Assembly: GCA_002269645.1 (NCBI GenBank)
Contig: NIVC01003268.1
Location: 44,001-108,000 of the forward strand
DNA: 64,000 nucleotides
Source: Macrostomum lignano
Lineage: Eukaryota
Direction: 5' to 3'
Part shown: in pieces, positions 24,165 through 34,117 of the stretch
Numbering within the stretch: the stretch's first letter is position 1
Layout: each line of letters starts with the position of its first letter
The notes under the pieces: generated by a model
What the model saw: the letters and a program-made list of their open reading frames with translations, nothing else
Database searches by the model: none
Told to the model about the DNA's origin: nothing
Made by a program: the position numbers and the translations under genes

Positions 24165-25868
24165 TTGCCTCCATCTGCTCATTGCCCTGCTCGCACCCTG
24201 CTCTCTCCACCGCGCCGCGCTCTGTCGTCCGACATGAACCTTGCCGCCTGGGAGCCGCTGCTTCTGGGTGACCAAGACGAAGATTTTCTTCGCAGCGGCC
24301 TTAGCTACGGCTTTCGGCTCATCAATAGATCGCCGCCTTTTCTTGCCCGCTCCGCCAACTACCGATCGGCCTTGGACCAAGCCAAGCAGGTTGGTGAACA
24401 GCTCGCCGAGGAGCTCCGTCTCGGCCGCTTGCAGCTCGCCAATGGCCCTGTCATGGTGAACGCCATCGGGGCGATTCCAAAATCTGACGGCAGTGTCCGG
24501 GTCATTCATGACCTTTCTAGACCTTCGGGGTCCTCCGTCAACGACAGCTATGAGCAGGAAAAGGGGCTGCGCTTCGCCTCTGTCCAAGACCTGACCCGCT
24601 ATCTTCGCCCAAACTCGTTTATCGGCAAAATCGACCTCAAGCAGGCCTATCGTTCCGTCGGTATTCACCCTGACGACCAGGTGCTCACGGGCCTCAGCTG
24701 GAGGTTCTCTGCCGACAGCGATGACTCGGTGCTCGTTGACACTCGGTTGCCCTTTGGTGCTCGAGCGTCATGTGAGATTTTCCATCGCTTATCGGCCTGC
24801 ATCAAGCGCCACATGTTCAGCATTGGCTTCACAGCTACCGTCAACTACTTGGACGACTGGGCAGTCGCCGGTGATACTGAAGAAGCGGCTCAGGAGGCCT
24901 TCAATTATCTGGTTGATCTGCTGCAGAACTTAGGCTTCGACATCAACTGGCAGAAGACCGTGGCTCCAGCTCAACACGTTGTGTTTCTCGGCGTGCTGGT
25001 TGACACTGTGAACGGCACCCTGCCACTTCCAAGCAACAAGAAAGATGACATTCGGAAACTGCTGAACGATTGCCTGTCATGTGACGTTTTTAAACTGAAG
25101 CAGCTCGAAAAACTGGCCGGTAAGTTGTGCTGGCTCAGCCAGATCAACAGGCTGTTGCGTCCTTTCCTGCGCCCGCTCTTCGACATCCTCAGCTGCAGAA
25201 TGGACACCCGGCTGCCATCTGAGCTTCGCAACCTCTTCCTCTGGTGGCTGCGCGTCGTGAGTTCTCTGCCGCCGACGGTCATTCGCCCCCGTTTTCGTCA
25301 ACTTGTGGCCATCGAATCTGATAGCAGTTGCGAGGGTGCTGCTGGCATCGTCTTTGGCAGCGAATTCAGTGACTGGACGTACTTCAGCTGGGAGAAGGAC
25401 TTTGAGAGCAAGTTCCGCGACCTTCACATCAACCACAAGGAGGCGCTGGCTCCGCTGCTTACCATCCTGCGCTTCCGCGAGCAGCTTAGGAACAGCCGCG
25501 TGGTGATTTACTCGGACAGCACTGCTGCCGTCGGCATGGTCAATAAGCTGTCCTGTCGGCATCCTCTGCTCATTCGCATCTATCAGACCGTTGCTCTCGT
25601 GTGCCTCACGTCGGGAATTCAGCTCCAGGCGTTCCACCTTCCTGGCCAGATGCAGCTGCTGTGCGACTCCGCTTCTAGAATGGGGGGCTCGAGCAGAGAG
25701 CTCATTAATTTTTGCTGCCGTCTTTACGGCTCTTTATGCATTTGTCCTTTCGAATTTGCTTCCCACACCATTTCTGCCGTGTCTCGCACCGCTCTTCATT
25801 CGCAGGTCGCAGCCGCGCTCCGCTCCGCTCCACCGTGTCTGTGTCCGCTCTGTGCCGCCTGTCACTAG
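24165..25868 (+). CDS. Ngaro B reverse transcriptase / RNase H
   Basis: KIDLKQAY, RLPFG, NYLDD, ESDSS, INHKEA, YSDS, CDSASR motifs. Confidence 0.92.
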   Translation: MPPSAHCPARTLLSPPRRALSSDMNLAAWEPLLLGDQDEDFLRSGLSYGFRLINRSPPFLARSANYRSALDQAKQVGEQLAEELRLGRLQLANGPVMVNAIGAIPKSDGSVRVIHDLSRPSGSSVNDSYEQEKGLRFASVQDLTRYLRPNSFIGKIDLKQAYRSVGIHPDDQVLTGLSWRFSADSDDSVLVDTRLPFGARASCEIFHRLSACIKRHMFSIGFTATVNYLDDWAVAGDTEEAAQEAFNYLVDLLQNLGFDINWQKTVAPAQHVVFLGVLVDTVNGTLPLPSNKKDDIRKLLNDCLSCDVFKLKQLEKLAGKLCWLSQINRLLRPFLRPLFDILSCRMDTRLPSELRNLFLWWLRVVSSLPPTVIRPRFRQLVAIESDSSCEGAAGIVFGSEFSDWTYFSWEKDFESKFRDLHINHKEALAPLLTILRFREQLRNSRVVIYSDSTAAVGMVNKLSCRHPLLIRIYQTVALVCLTSGIQLQAFHLPGQMQLLCDSASRMGGSSRELINFCCRLYGSLCICPFEFASHTISAVSRTALHSQVAAALRSAPPCLCPLCAACH

Positions 25869-26800
25869 CGCCTAGTTCCAGGAAGTCCTATGCGAGCCGC
25901 TTACAAGCCTGGAACGAATTCTGCCGGCAGCGTCGAGTTCCCGCGACCGCCGCCTCCGAGTCTGATGTCTGCCAATTTGTCTCGTTCCTGTTACAACGTG
26001 GACCGGCGTCCTACTCCAGTGTGCAGTCAAGCCTCAGCGCGGTGTCTTACCTACATAGGGCTTCCGCGTCACCAGACCCGACCAAGGGCAGCGCTCGCCT
26101 GGCTCTCGTGTGTCGCGGGGCTCGGCGTCTTCTGAGCCGGCAGCCTCGGCGTGCGACGCCGCTGAAGCCCAGCCACCTCCGCCTGCTTTGCAGCTCCACC
26201 GAGCTACGTCATTCGCTGCCGCCCCGTCTGCTGGCCGCCTTCAAGGCAGCATTGCTGGTGGCCTGGTGGGGAGTCCTTAGGCTCGGCGAGCTCTTACCAT
26301 CCACCGCTGCGGACGCTCTTCCCCGGAGCTGCCTATCAGCGTGCCCCGGTGGTCTGCGGCTGGTGCTCAACAGGTCAAAGACAAACCAATTCAAGGAGCG
26401 GCAACTGGAATTATTTCTGCCGCAGGCCTCTGAATGCCTGCTTATCTGTCCCGCTTCCGCACTAGCAACTCATCTGCGCGAGAATCAAATCTACGGACCG
26501 CAGCAGCCCCTGTTTTCTGTCCTAGGCAGCCGCGGCCGGACTCTCTTGTCTGCCGCTATGTTCATCCGGCTCCTAAAGCGGGGCATGTCTATGTGCGGCT
26601 TTGGCGAGTGCGGCTTCTCGGGTCACAGTCTGCGTAGAGGCGGGGCCAGCGCTGCCTTTCAGTCAGGCCTCTCAATCGCCGACATCCGTTGCATGGGCGA
26701 CTGGCGTTCAGACTGCGTCTTTCGGTATTTCTCTGATGAGGCGTCGTTTGCCCGCCGTCGGGCAGCAGCTCGGCAGGTCGCTGCCCGCCTGGCCTCTTGA
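25712..26800 (+). CDS. Ngaro B tyrosine recombinase
   Basis: LRLGEL, RSKTNQF, GHSLRRGGA, GDWRS..VFRY motifs. Confidence 0.92.
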   Translation: MLPSLRLFMHLSFRICFPHHFCRVSHRSSFAGRSRAPLRSTVSVSALCRLSLAPSSRKSYASRLQAWNEFCRQRRVPATAASESDVCQFVSFLLQRGPASYSSVQSSLSAVSYLHRASASPDPTKGSARLALVCRGARRLLSRQPRRATPLKPSHLRLLCSSTELRHSLPPRLLAAFKAALLVAWWGVLRLGELLPSTAADALPRSCLSACPGGLRLVLNRSKTNQFKERQLELFLPQASECLLICPASALATHLRENQIYGPQQPLFSVLGSRGRTLLSAAMFIRLLKRGMSMCGFGECGFSGHSLRRGGASAAFQSGLSIADIRCMGDWRSDCVFRYFSDEASFARRRAAARQVAARLAS

Positions 26801-27664
26801 CTGCTTACTCGCTCGTTTTATTGACCCTTTGGCGTTTTACCTTGGCGTTCGTGGCCTGGCTTCGCTTACTTTTGCTGCCTCCTTGTTTTTATCTTCCTGT
26901 TCTCTCCTTTTCTCCTCCTTTTTTTCGGGGTTGGGGTCGCTTTCCCCACCTCTCGCGCTGCTTCGGGCCATAAGCCTTTGCCTGCCTGCTGTTCGTCTCT
27001 TTCGCTGTTGGGGTGTGATTGGTTAATGCCTCCATTTCTCTTAGGCTTCATCAATTTTAGCAATTTTTTCTATCAATTTTAGCTTAACTTTTTTCTTTTT
27101 TTCTGGTGAGCGGCTTCTTTCATCGATTTTTCATATTGCGTGTCAGGAATGGAAGCAGATCTTGTGCACTTATTAGCAGAAGGCTAGTTGACTAATTCTA
27201 AGTGAATGGTGGAATGCATTCAATTGATGGAGGGGTTTGAAGGATTGCTCAGCTGCATAAAAATGTTCAGTTAACGTTGCGTCATAAGCTGGGTGATGCT
27301 CAATTTTGTATTGGCGTTGCGAGGTCTTGTGCGGCTTCAGTAAAACTTCTTTTTTCATGGAGTGCACCAAAAAGATGAGACCGATGAGACGCTTTTTTCA
27401 TTCTTAGATCGAGGAGAGACGTGAATACATGCTTCCCCATAATTTTGAGGGAAACAGGAATATTGAGCTGCATTTTTTTCAATGAAATCCAAAGTATTAC
27501 GAAGGAGTTAAAGATTCGCTAGTGGTTGATTTAGTATAGCTCGCAGACCAAGCATTAAGCACAGCTGCTACAAAGACCCATACATTGTGCAAGAAACAAT
27601 TCATATTTGATGCATGCAATAATCTGAAGACAGACTCGTCGTAGGCGTCACAGGGACAAAGAGC

Positions 27665-27905
27665 CTGTTTGAGGTTGAAGGCGAAGATCCGTAGGCTCTT
27701 CCTGTTTGAGGTTGAAGGCGAAGATCCGTAGGCTCTTCCTGTTTGAGGTTGAAGGCGAAGATCCGTAGGCTCTTCCTGTTTGAGGTTGAAGGCGAAGATC
27801 CGTAGGCTCTTCCTGTTTGAGGTTGAAGGCGAAGATCCGTAGGCTCTTCCTGTTTGAGGTTGAAGGCGAAGATCCGCAGGCTCTTCCTGTTTGAGGTTGA
27901 AGATT
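27665..27905. repeat. 37-bp tandem repeat, ~6.5 copies
   Basis: Unit CTGTTTGAGGTTGAAGGCGAAGATCCGTAGGCTCTTC; period 27665 to 27702. Confidence 0.95.
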
Positions 27906-27949
27906 CGCAGGTTTGCTGAGAGAGCTGCTGCTGGCTTCATGCACAGTTT

Positions 27950-28550
27950 TGTGACGACTGCTTTACTCTGGTTGCTGTCATCTGTTTGCGCTTGTGCCAA
28001 TCATGAGCAGCTCTCATGCCGACTGCTTTTCTCTGGTTGCTGTCATATGTTTGCGCTTGTGCCAATCATGAGCAGCGCTCTCATGCCGACTGCTTTTCTC
28101 TGGTTGCTGTCATCTGTTTGCGCTTGTGCCAATCATGAGCAGCTCTCATGCCGACTGCTTTTCTCTGGTTGCTGTCATATGTTTGCGCTTGTGCCAATCA
28201 TGAGCAGCGCTCTCATGCCGACTGCTTTACTCTGGTTGCTGTCATATGTTTGCGCTTGTGCCAATCATGAGCAGCGCTCTCATGCCGACTGCTTTACTCT
28301 GGTTGCTGTCATATGTTTGCGCTTGTGCCAATCATGAGCAGCGCTCTCATGCCGACTGCTTTTCTCTGGTTGCTGTCATATGTTTGCGCTTGTGCCAATC
28401 ATGAGCAGCTCTCATGCCGACTGCTTTTCTCTGGTTGCTGTCATATGTTTGCGCTTGTGCCAATCATGAGCAGCTCTCATGCCGACTGCTTTACTCTGGT
28501 TGCTGTCATCTGTTTGCGCTTGTGCCAATCATGAGCAGCTCTCATGCCGA
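27950..28550. repeat. 65/67-bp tandem repeat, ~9 copies, each with CCAATCA
   Basis: Unit GACTGCTTT(A/T)CTCTGGTTGCTGTCAT(A/C)TGTTTGCGCTTGTGCCAATCATGAGCAG(CG)CTCTCATGCC. Confidence 0.93.
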
Positions 28551-30179
28551 CGCGCTCCTTTGTCAGTGAAACCAAATTGTTTCTGTCAAAGCGCGCTCGT
28601 TTAGTCAACTGCGCGCTCGTGTCCCAAAAAATATTCAGACGACGCGTTTGAGTATTCCGCCAGTTCAACCCTGCAATTATGAATTGGGATGTTGCATTTT
28701 TTATAAGAACGCCACCTCGAATTTTTTAATTGAATGACAGCATTTGCATCCCCAAACAGGACACCAGCCCACGCACGCAGAGCCAAGCACTCCCCCCATC
28801 TGTCCGCGCTCTGTTGGGGGAGAGAGAACGAAACCAAAATGACACTAGCAGGACAAAGGAGTAAAAATTGGTTAGGGACTTGTCGAAGCCATTCACAGAC
28901 CAGCATATACTCGCCTACAATCCTATATACATAAATGATGACCCGCTCTTAAGTATATTCAATGTTGAAACTCTGAGCTTTCAAAGAAAGGGCAGTCTGA
29001 GTAGAGGAGCAAAAAGACCGTCCAGCTGAAATATCACCAGCTTTCAAGTTGGCTGCATAAGCAGAGGTCATTTGCGCATTAATCCAGATTTTCAGCACGA
29101 GACATGTTAAACGCTTAACATAATTTATATGCACTTTTGTTATGCAACACCTTTTGCGTGTTCATCAGCATCCAAATTTCGACTTACCTGGCAGCAGCGG
29201 CGACAAGCCGAGCAGAAGTGACTCAGACTCAGCCGCTGTCCTCCCGCAGGTCTCTCCGCCATCCACTCGCTCAGCCAGGGCGGCGTCACCCTCAGAGAGG
29301 AGATGAAGCTGTGGAACGGCTCTGAGCTGCATGCGGAGTACGCGGGATTCCAGGTGGGAGACGCCAGCACTGGGTATCGGATGACGTACCGAGAGATGCT
29401 AAGGCACAGGTCCAGTGCCACCTTTGACGTTTTGGAGCGCAGCAAAGGCACGCAGTTCTCCACGATGGACAGGGACAACATCAAAGAGAGAAGTCCTTTA
29501 TGCTTCAAGTCTATAGGAAAGAGAGCCTGGTGGTTTGACAGCTGCTACTACTTCAACCCTAATGGACTTTTCCCTACGCGAGAAACAGTAGATTTTAGAT
29601 ATAATAATTTTAGGTATATGAGCTGGCGGCATGGCTCTGCCCGTCTGTCTTTTCGTGAAGTGCGGCTGATGCTGCAGATTTGAGCATCAAAACTTGAGCA
29701 ACTCAGTGGCCCACTCTGTTGACTCAAATACAATTTTTTCGGACTCTAGCTAGCCTGCTGCTACTTAATAATTTTAAAATATTTTTCAAAGTCTCCCTGA
29801 TTGCAAGAGTTTTGCTGACTGAAAAAACTCGTGCGCAAAAAAACTGTGAAACTGTGAAACTTACAACTTTTTGTAAGTTTAAACTTAATAAGCTCATTTT
29901 ACGTGTAAAAGACGCAGACTGTTTTCAACAATCAGCGTATTGAAAAAGGCGAACTATCGTAAGTCTGGAAATCTGTGTAACTCAAACGCAGAGACTTTGT
30001 TCGCAAATTTCTTTTCATCTTTAATTTTTTACACACGAATTTCTCACATATTGAAGCATCAGCTGAAAGCCTCAACGTTGTTGCTACAAGCGCATGAGTT
30101 TTTTCTGAAGTCTTGCTTTTCTGATACTGATAAATTCCCTATAGATGCCTGTGATTTGAGCCTATGTAAAGTGCTGCTT

Positions 30180-31030
30180 CTGCTGTCTGTTCTATCAGTA
30201 TCGTGCTGCCTGTTCTATCAGTATTGTGCTGTCTGATCTATCAGTATTGTGCTGTCTGTTCTATCAGTATTGTGCTGTCTGTTCTATCAGTATTGTGTTG
30301 TCTGTTCTATCAGTATTGTGCTGTCTGATCTATCAGTATTTTGCTGTGTGTTCTACCAGTATTTTGCTGTGTGTTCTATCAGTATTGTGCTGTCTGTTCT
30401 ATCAGTATTGTGTTGTCTGTTCTATCAGTATTGTGCTGTCTGTTCTATCAGTATTGTGCTGTCCGTTCTATCAGTATTGTGCTGTCTGTTCTATCGGTAT
30501 TGTGCTGTCTGTTCTATCAGTATTGTGCTGTCTGTTCTATCAGTATTGTGCTGTCTGTTCTATCAGTATTGTGCTGTCTGTTCTATCAGTATTGTGCTGT
30601 GTGCTCTATCAGTATTGTGCTGTCTGTTCTATCAGTATTGTGCTGTCTGTTCTATCAGTATTGTGCTGTCTGTTCTATCAGTATTGTGCTGTCTGTTCTA
30701 TCAGTATTGTGCTGTCTGTTCTATCAGTATTGTGCTGTCTGTTCTATCAGTATTGTGCTGTCCGTTCTATCAGTATTGTGCTGTCTGTTCTATCAGTATT
30801 GTGCTGTCTGTTCTATCAGTATTGTGCTGTCTGTTCTATCAGTTTTGTGCTGTCTGTTCTATCAGTATTGTGCTGTCTGTTCTATCAGTATTGTGCTGTC
30901 TGTACTATCAGTATTGTGCTGTGTGTTCTATCAGTATTGTGTTGTCTGTTCTATCAGTATTGTGCTGTCTGTTCTATCAGTATTGTGCTGTCTGTTCTAT
31001 CAGTATTGTGCTGTCTGTTTTTATCAGTTT
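30180..31030. repeat. 23-bp minisatellite array 3
   Basis: Direct reading; same unit as arrays 1 and 2. Confidence 0.98.
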
Positions 31031-31439
31031 TTATCAGCATCGGGCTCGTTGCCGTGAGAGGCAGGAGTTCAGCTCGACAGAAGCTCAGATACTCGACTGA
31101 ATGAGCCCAACTGCAGCCATTCTGAACTGTGTGTCGTTTAGACTTGCCTACAATGAGTTACTCTTTGCACAGAGCGCTCAAGTTAACAATCAGGACAGGT
31201 ACCACATACTTATTTGTCTTAGCTGTATAGGGGCTCCGGGCATCCGGATACGGCGGGAAGGCGTCGCCGCCCATTCCGCTAACCCCTGGCGACCACGGGC
31301 AGCTGGTGCTGCGGTGTCGCATAGGGAGATCCGGTGTTGCCGCTGTCTGCAGCGCGGTCCCCTTCCGGAGAGTCCAGTAGGTCGCTCTCCCGGTAGCCGG
31401 TAGCGAACGAGCTGGCAGAGATTCTCGGGTCTGAAAGCA

Positions 31440-31860
31440 TCGGAGATGTCCAGATTTAAGCTGAGGTACGTGAGCCAGTCCTGAGTAAAGGCAGGAAATC
31501 ACATATGAAGTGCTCCCACTCTTGATGCTTTCGAGAGGCAGAATGGGCATTCCTCGCTACTGATTTTCTCATGAGGTGACGATGCCTGGCAAAGCAGCCA
31601 TGTCCCACGAGGGCCATGGTCTCCGCCCTGATATTCCTCCGGGTGAGTCCAAGCAGGGCCCTGCGGAGGGCAGGAAAAGGACAGGGGAACAGCCGCGCGC
31701 GATTGCCGGCAGTCGGTGGCATTAGCTGATGCACCTCTCCCAGTGCTTTGAAGTCACCCACTGGTTGATCCGATAGGTGATAACGGCGGCGGGGGTTGGG
31801 GCCTCATTGAGTATCTCAAGCCTTCGGTCATCATCCAGACGCCGTGGGCAACTTAGTAGA
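31440..31860 (-). mobile_element. Degenerate 3' end of a non-LTR retrotransposon
   Basis: LTRRNIR..ALVGHGCFARH..EHFICD resembles the C-terminal zinc-knuckle region of RNase H-type LINEs. Confidence 0.55.
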
Positions 31861-34037
31861 CGGCACGAAGAAACTATTGACATCGAAACGAAATTTTTTT
31901 CACAGGTGCACATGAAATCAAGTAGAAGTTACTATAACGATAAGAAAAATTTCCTCAACGTGTAATAAACACTTTTTTCGAGTTAATAAGAGTAGCTGTC
32001 ATGATTTCGCACTATATTTTTTTGTTTTAATAGGTTTTTTTACCCGATCTTAGTGTAGAGATATCAAAACCCAGCAGACTACTAGAAGTAAAAGGATAAA
32101 ATTACAAATGCAAACTTAAAAATAGCATGCGCCATACTCAATGTTTATTAATACCAGTAATATGACGAAAACAGCGAGTGACTATTCCTTTTCTATTCAA
32201 AACCTCACCGTTCAAAGGACGACGGTTGTAAAGACTTCACTTAGTTTGTGTGGCAGAAAGATGCTTTTGCGATAGCATGATAAAATCATTCATATATGTA
32301 TTTGTCGAAATGGTATTTTAACCGATCAATAATTTGGGGACTGTAAATAGATATATTAGTCACGTGCACGTACGCACAAAAGAACAAGCGAAGGAGAGAG
32401 TTAAAGAACACGATGGTAAAGTGTACGCAGCAACCCCCAGCATCCCACACAACACAAGCCAAGTCACTACAACGGTCAAATCCATTTCTTGATATCATCA
32501 ATAAAACCGGTTTGGGGCTCAAAGGTCGACTTATATTGGGTATAAATGCAAGTGAAAAATCCGAGCTGAAACCTCAGACTTGGAGCAGCCTCGTGAAGGC
32601 CTCAAGAGATATTGGGCTTTGGTAGAGCAACCAAACGAGGCAATATCTCTGAAGGAGACAAATACCAATTGGTAAGCCTTTGTACGTGTCTGAGGTATTT
32701 GATTATTGAGAGCTGCGTTATTGCCGGCCGTTACTGACCAGTGGAATTCTATTGAGTATTTGAATTTGGGGCCTCCCTATTCCTAAGGGATTGAATAGGA
32801 TCTGCGGACCGATTCCGATACTCTTAGAGGATTATTGGGTGATTTATTTTGATACCCTAGACTCCTAGAGTAACAGATAAGGGCACGCGAATCTAATTCT
32901 GTTATTTCTAGAAGTCGCCCTTTCTAGAGGACCTCGTCATTGTTATCGAGCTGACTTTGTTACTAGGGCACATCTCGGAGTTCTGGACTCGAGGAATACT
33001 TCGACGTCGACGGATTAAGTTGTTACGCTCTCATTCTCGGCCGACTTTAGAATTACGAAGGAAGACCACATAGAGGAGACGAACTCTACAGACCCGACCG
33101 ACAAAGAAGAGGAGCCCGCACCAGTAAGTGATCAATGAATTCTGTTCCCAGGACTGAGGTCTGGAAGTGGGAGTTTACGAGTGACTGATCACCACTCTTA
33201 AACTTTTCATTAAGTTCAATCTTCGTAACAGTGAGTTCAATGCTGTTTATTAATCTTTTTATTACTAAAATACAATAGATATGGCTGGCTTTATGTAATA
33301 AAACATACAAATAATACGATAAACAATCACTACCGAGGGTCCAGACGAGCGCAGTTGCCTTGTTGCCATGCCTTCAAGAGGCCGACGGCGTCACCCTGAT
33401 GACAGACTGAATAAGAGTCTTGCTGAGGAGGTACCAGCCGTTGAGGTTTTCTCATTATTGAGATTCTGACATGGGCGTAAAGGGGTGCATTAAATACGCC
33501 GGCGCCCATGGGAAGAATCCGAAAATCCGGAAAATTTGTTCGGGATGAGAGGAAAATCAGCGTTAAAAGTTTTAATTCTAAAACAACCCCGATATCTAAA
33601 GAAACCGAAACTATCAAAAATTACCTGTATTACCTGAATTACCTGGGCCAATGTACAAGATAATACGGCTTGCGCTGCAGATTGAAGAAATCTAAAAAGA
33701 CAAACTTTGACACAGTTCGCACTGCAGACGAAAAAAAATAAAACGCAAAAATTTTTCGACACGACATGCAGTGTAAACAGAAACTCCTGCAGCAAGGCAG
33801 GTAGAATTGATGCGCTGCATGGCGCAAAGGCTGCGAGTGACGCATGCAGTACCTGAGGATTCCATACACTGTCTGGCAGAGATAAAAGTGCATTTAGTCA
33901 CGGGATTCTGGCCAACCGTATCCCCAGCTGAGGCAAACAGTCTGATGCAAATGGCAAACCGCGTGACGCGTCTGGAATGCAAAGTGCAGCCTGCAGTCAC
34001 GTGAAATTTATGCCATAGGCAGGGAATGCTTCTTCTG

Positions 34038-34045
34038 TATATAAA
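34038..34045 (+). promoter_or_regulatory. TATA box of FReD copy 3
   Basis: TATATAAA 80 bp upstream of ATG 34118. Confidence 0.65.
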
Positions 34046-34117
34046 TGCAGCCATTTTACAGAATGCAGCTGCAATCCTCAGATTACCGATACAACAACGA
34101 AAGGTGAACTTGACTCG

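Larger units (their letters stand above)
22839..27047 (+). mobile_element. Ngaro-type retrotransposon B with three open ORFs, 3' repeats truncated
   Basis: Overlapping gag, RT/RH and YR ORFs. The first 21 bp (TGCCTCCATTTCTCTTAGGCT, 22839-22859) recur at 27027-27047 directly after ..GGTTAA. Confidence 0.9.
18389..29683 (+). pseudogene. Secreted FReD gene, copy 2: exon 1 18389-19524, exon 2 19946-20214 + 22649-22717, exon 3 29250-29683
   Basis: Intact exon 1 with phase-2 donor CTCAG|GTTGG. Exon 2 has a 4-nt deletion relative to copy 3 (~20050) and is split by a Ngaro element. Exon 3 FReD is open. Confidence 0.88.

Noticed and set aside
22839-27047. 21-bp direct repeat as a target-site duplication
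   Set aside because: It is absent from the paralogous intron in copy 1 and follows a ..TTAA B/A-type junction, so it is better explained as a truncated Ngaro A2 repeat.
32280-33250. Possible degraded retroelement/Penelope sequence; also VPYVGRLS at ~47560
   Set aside because: No diagnostic RT or GIY-YIG motifs in a sustained frame.
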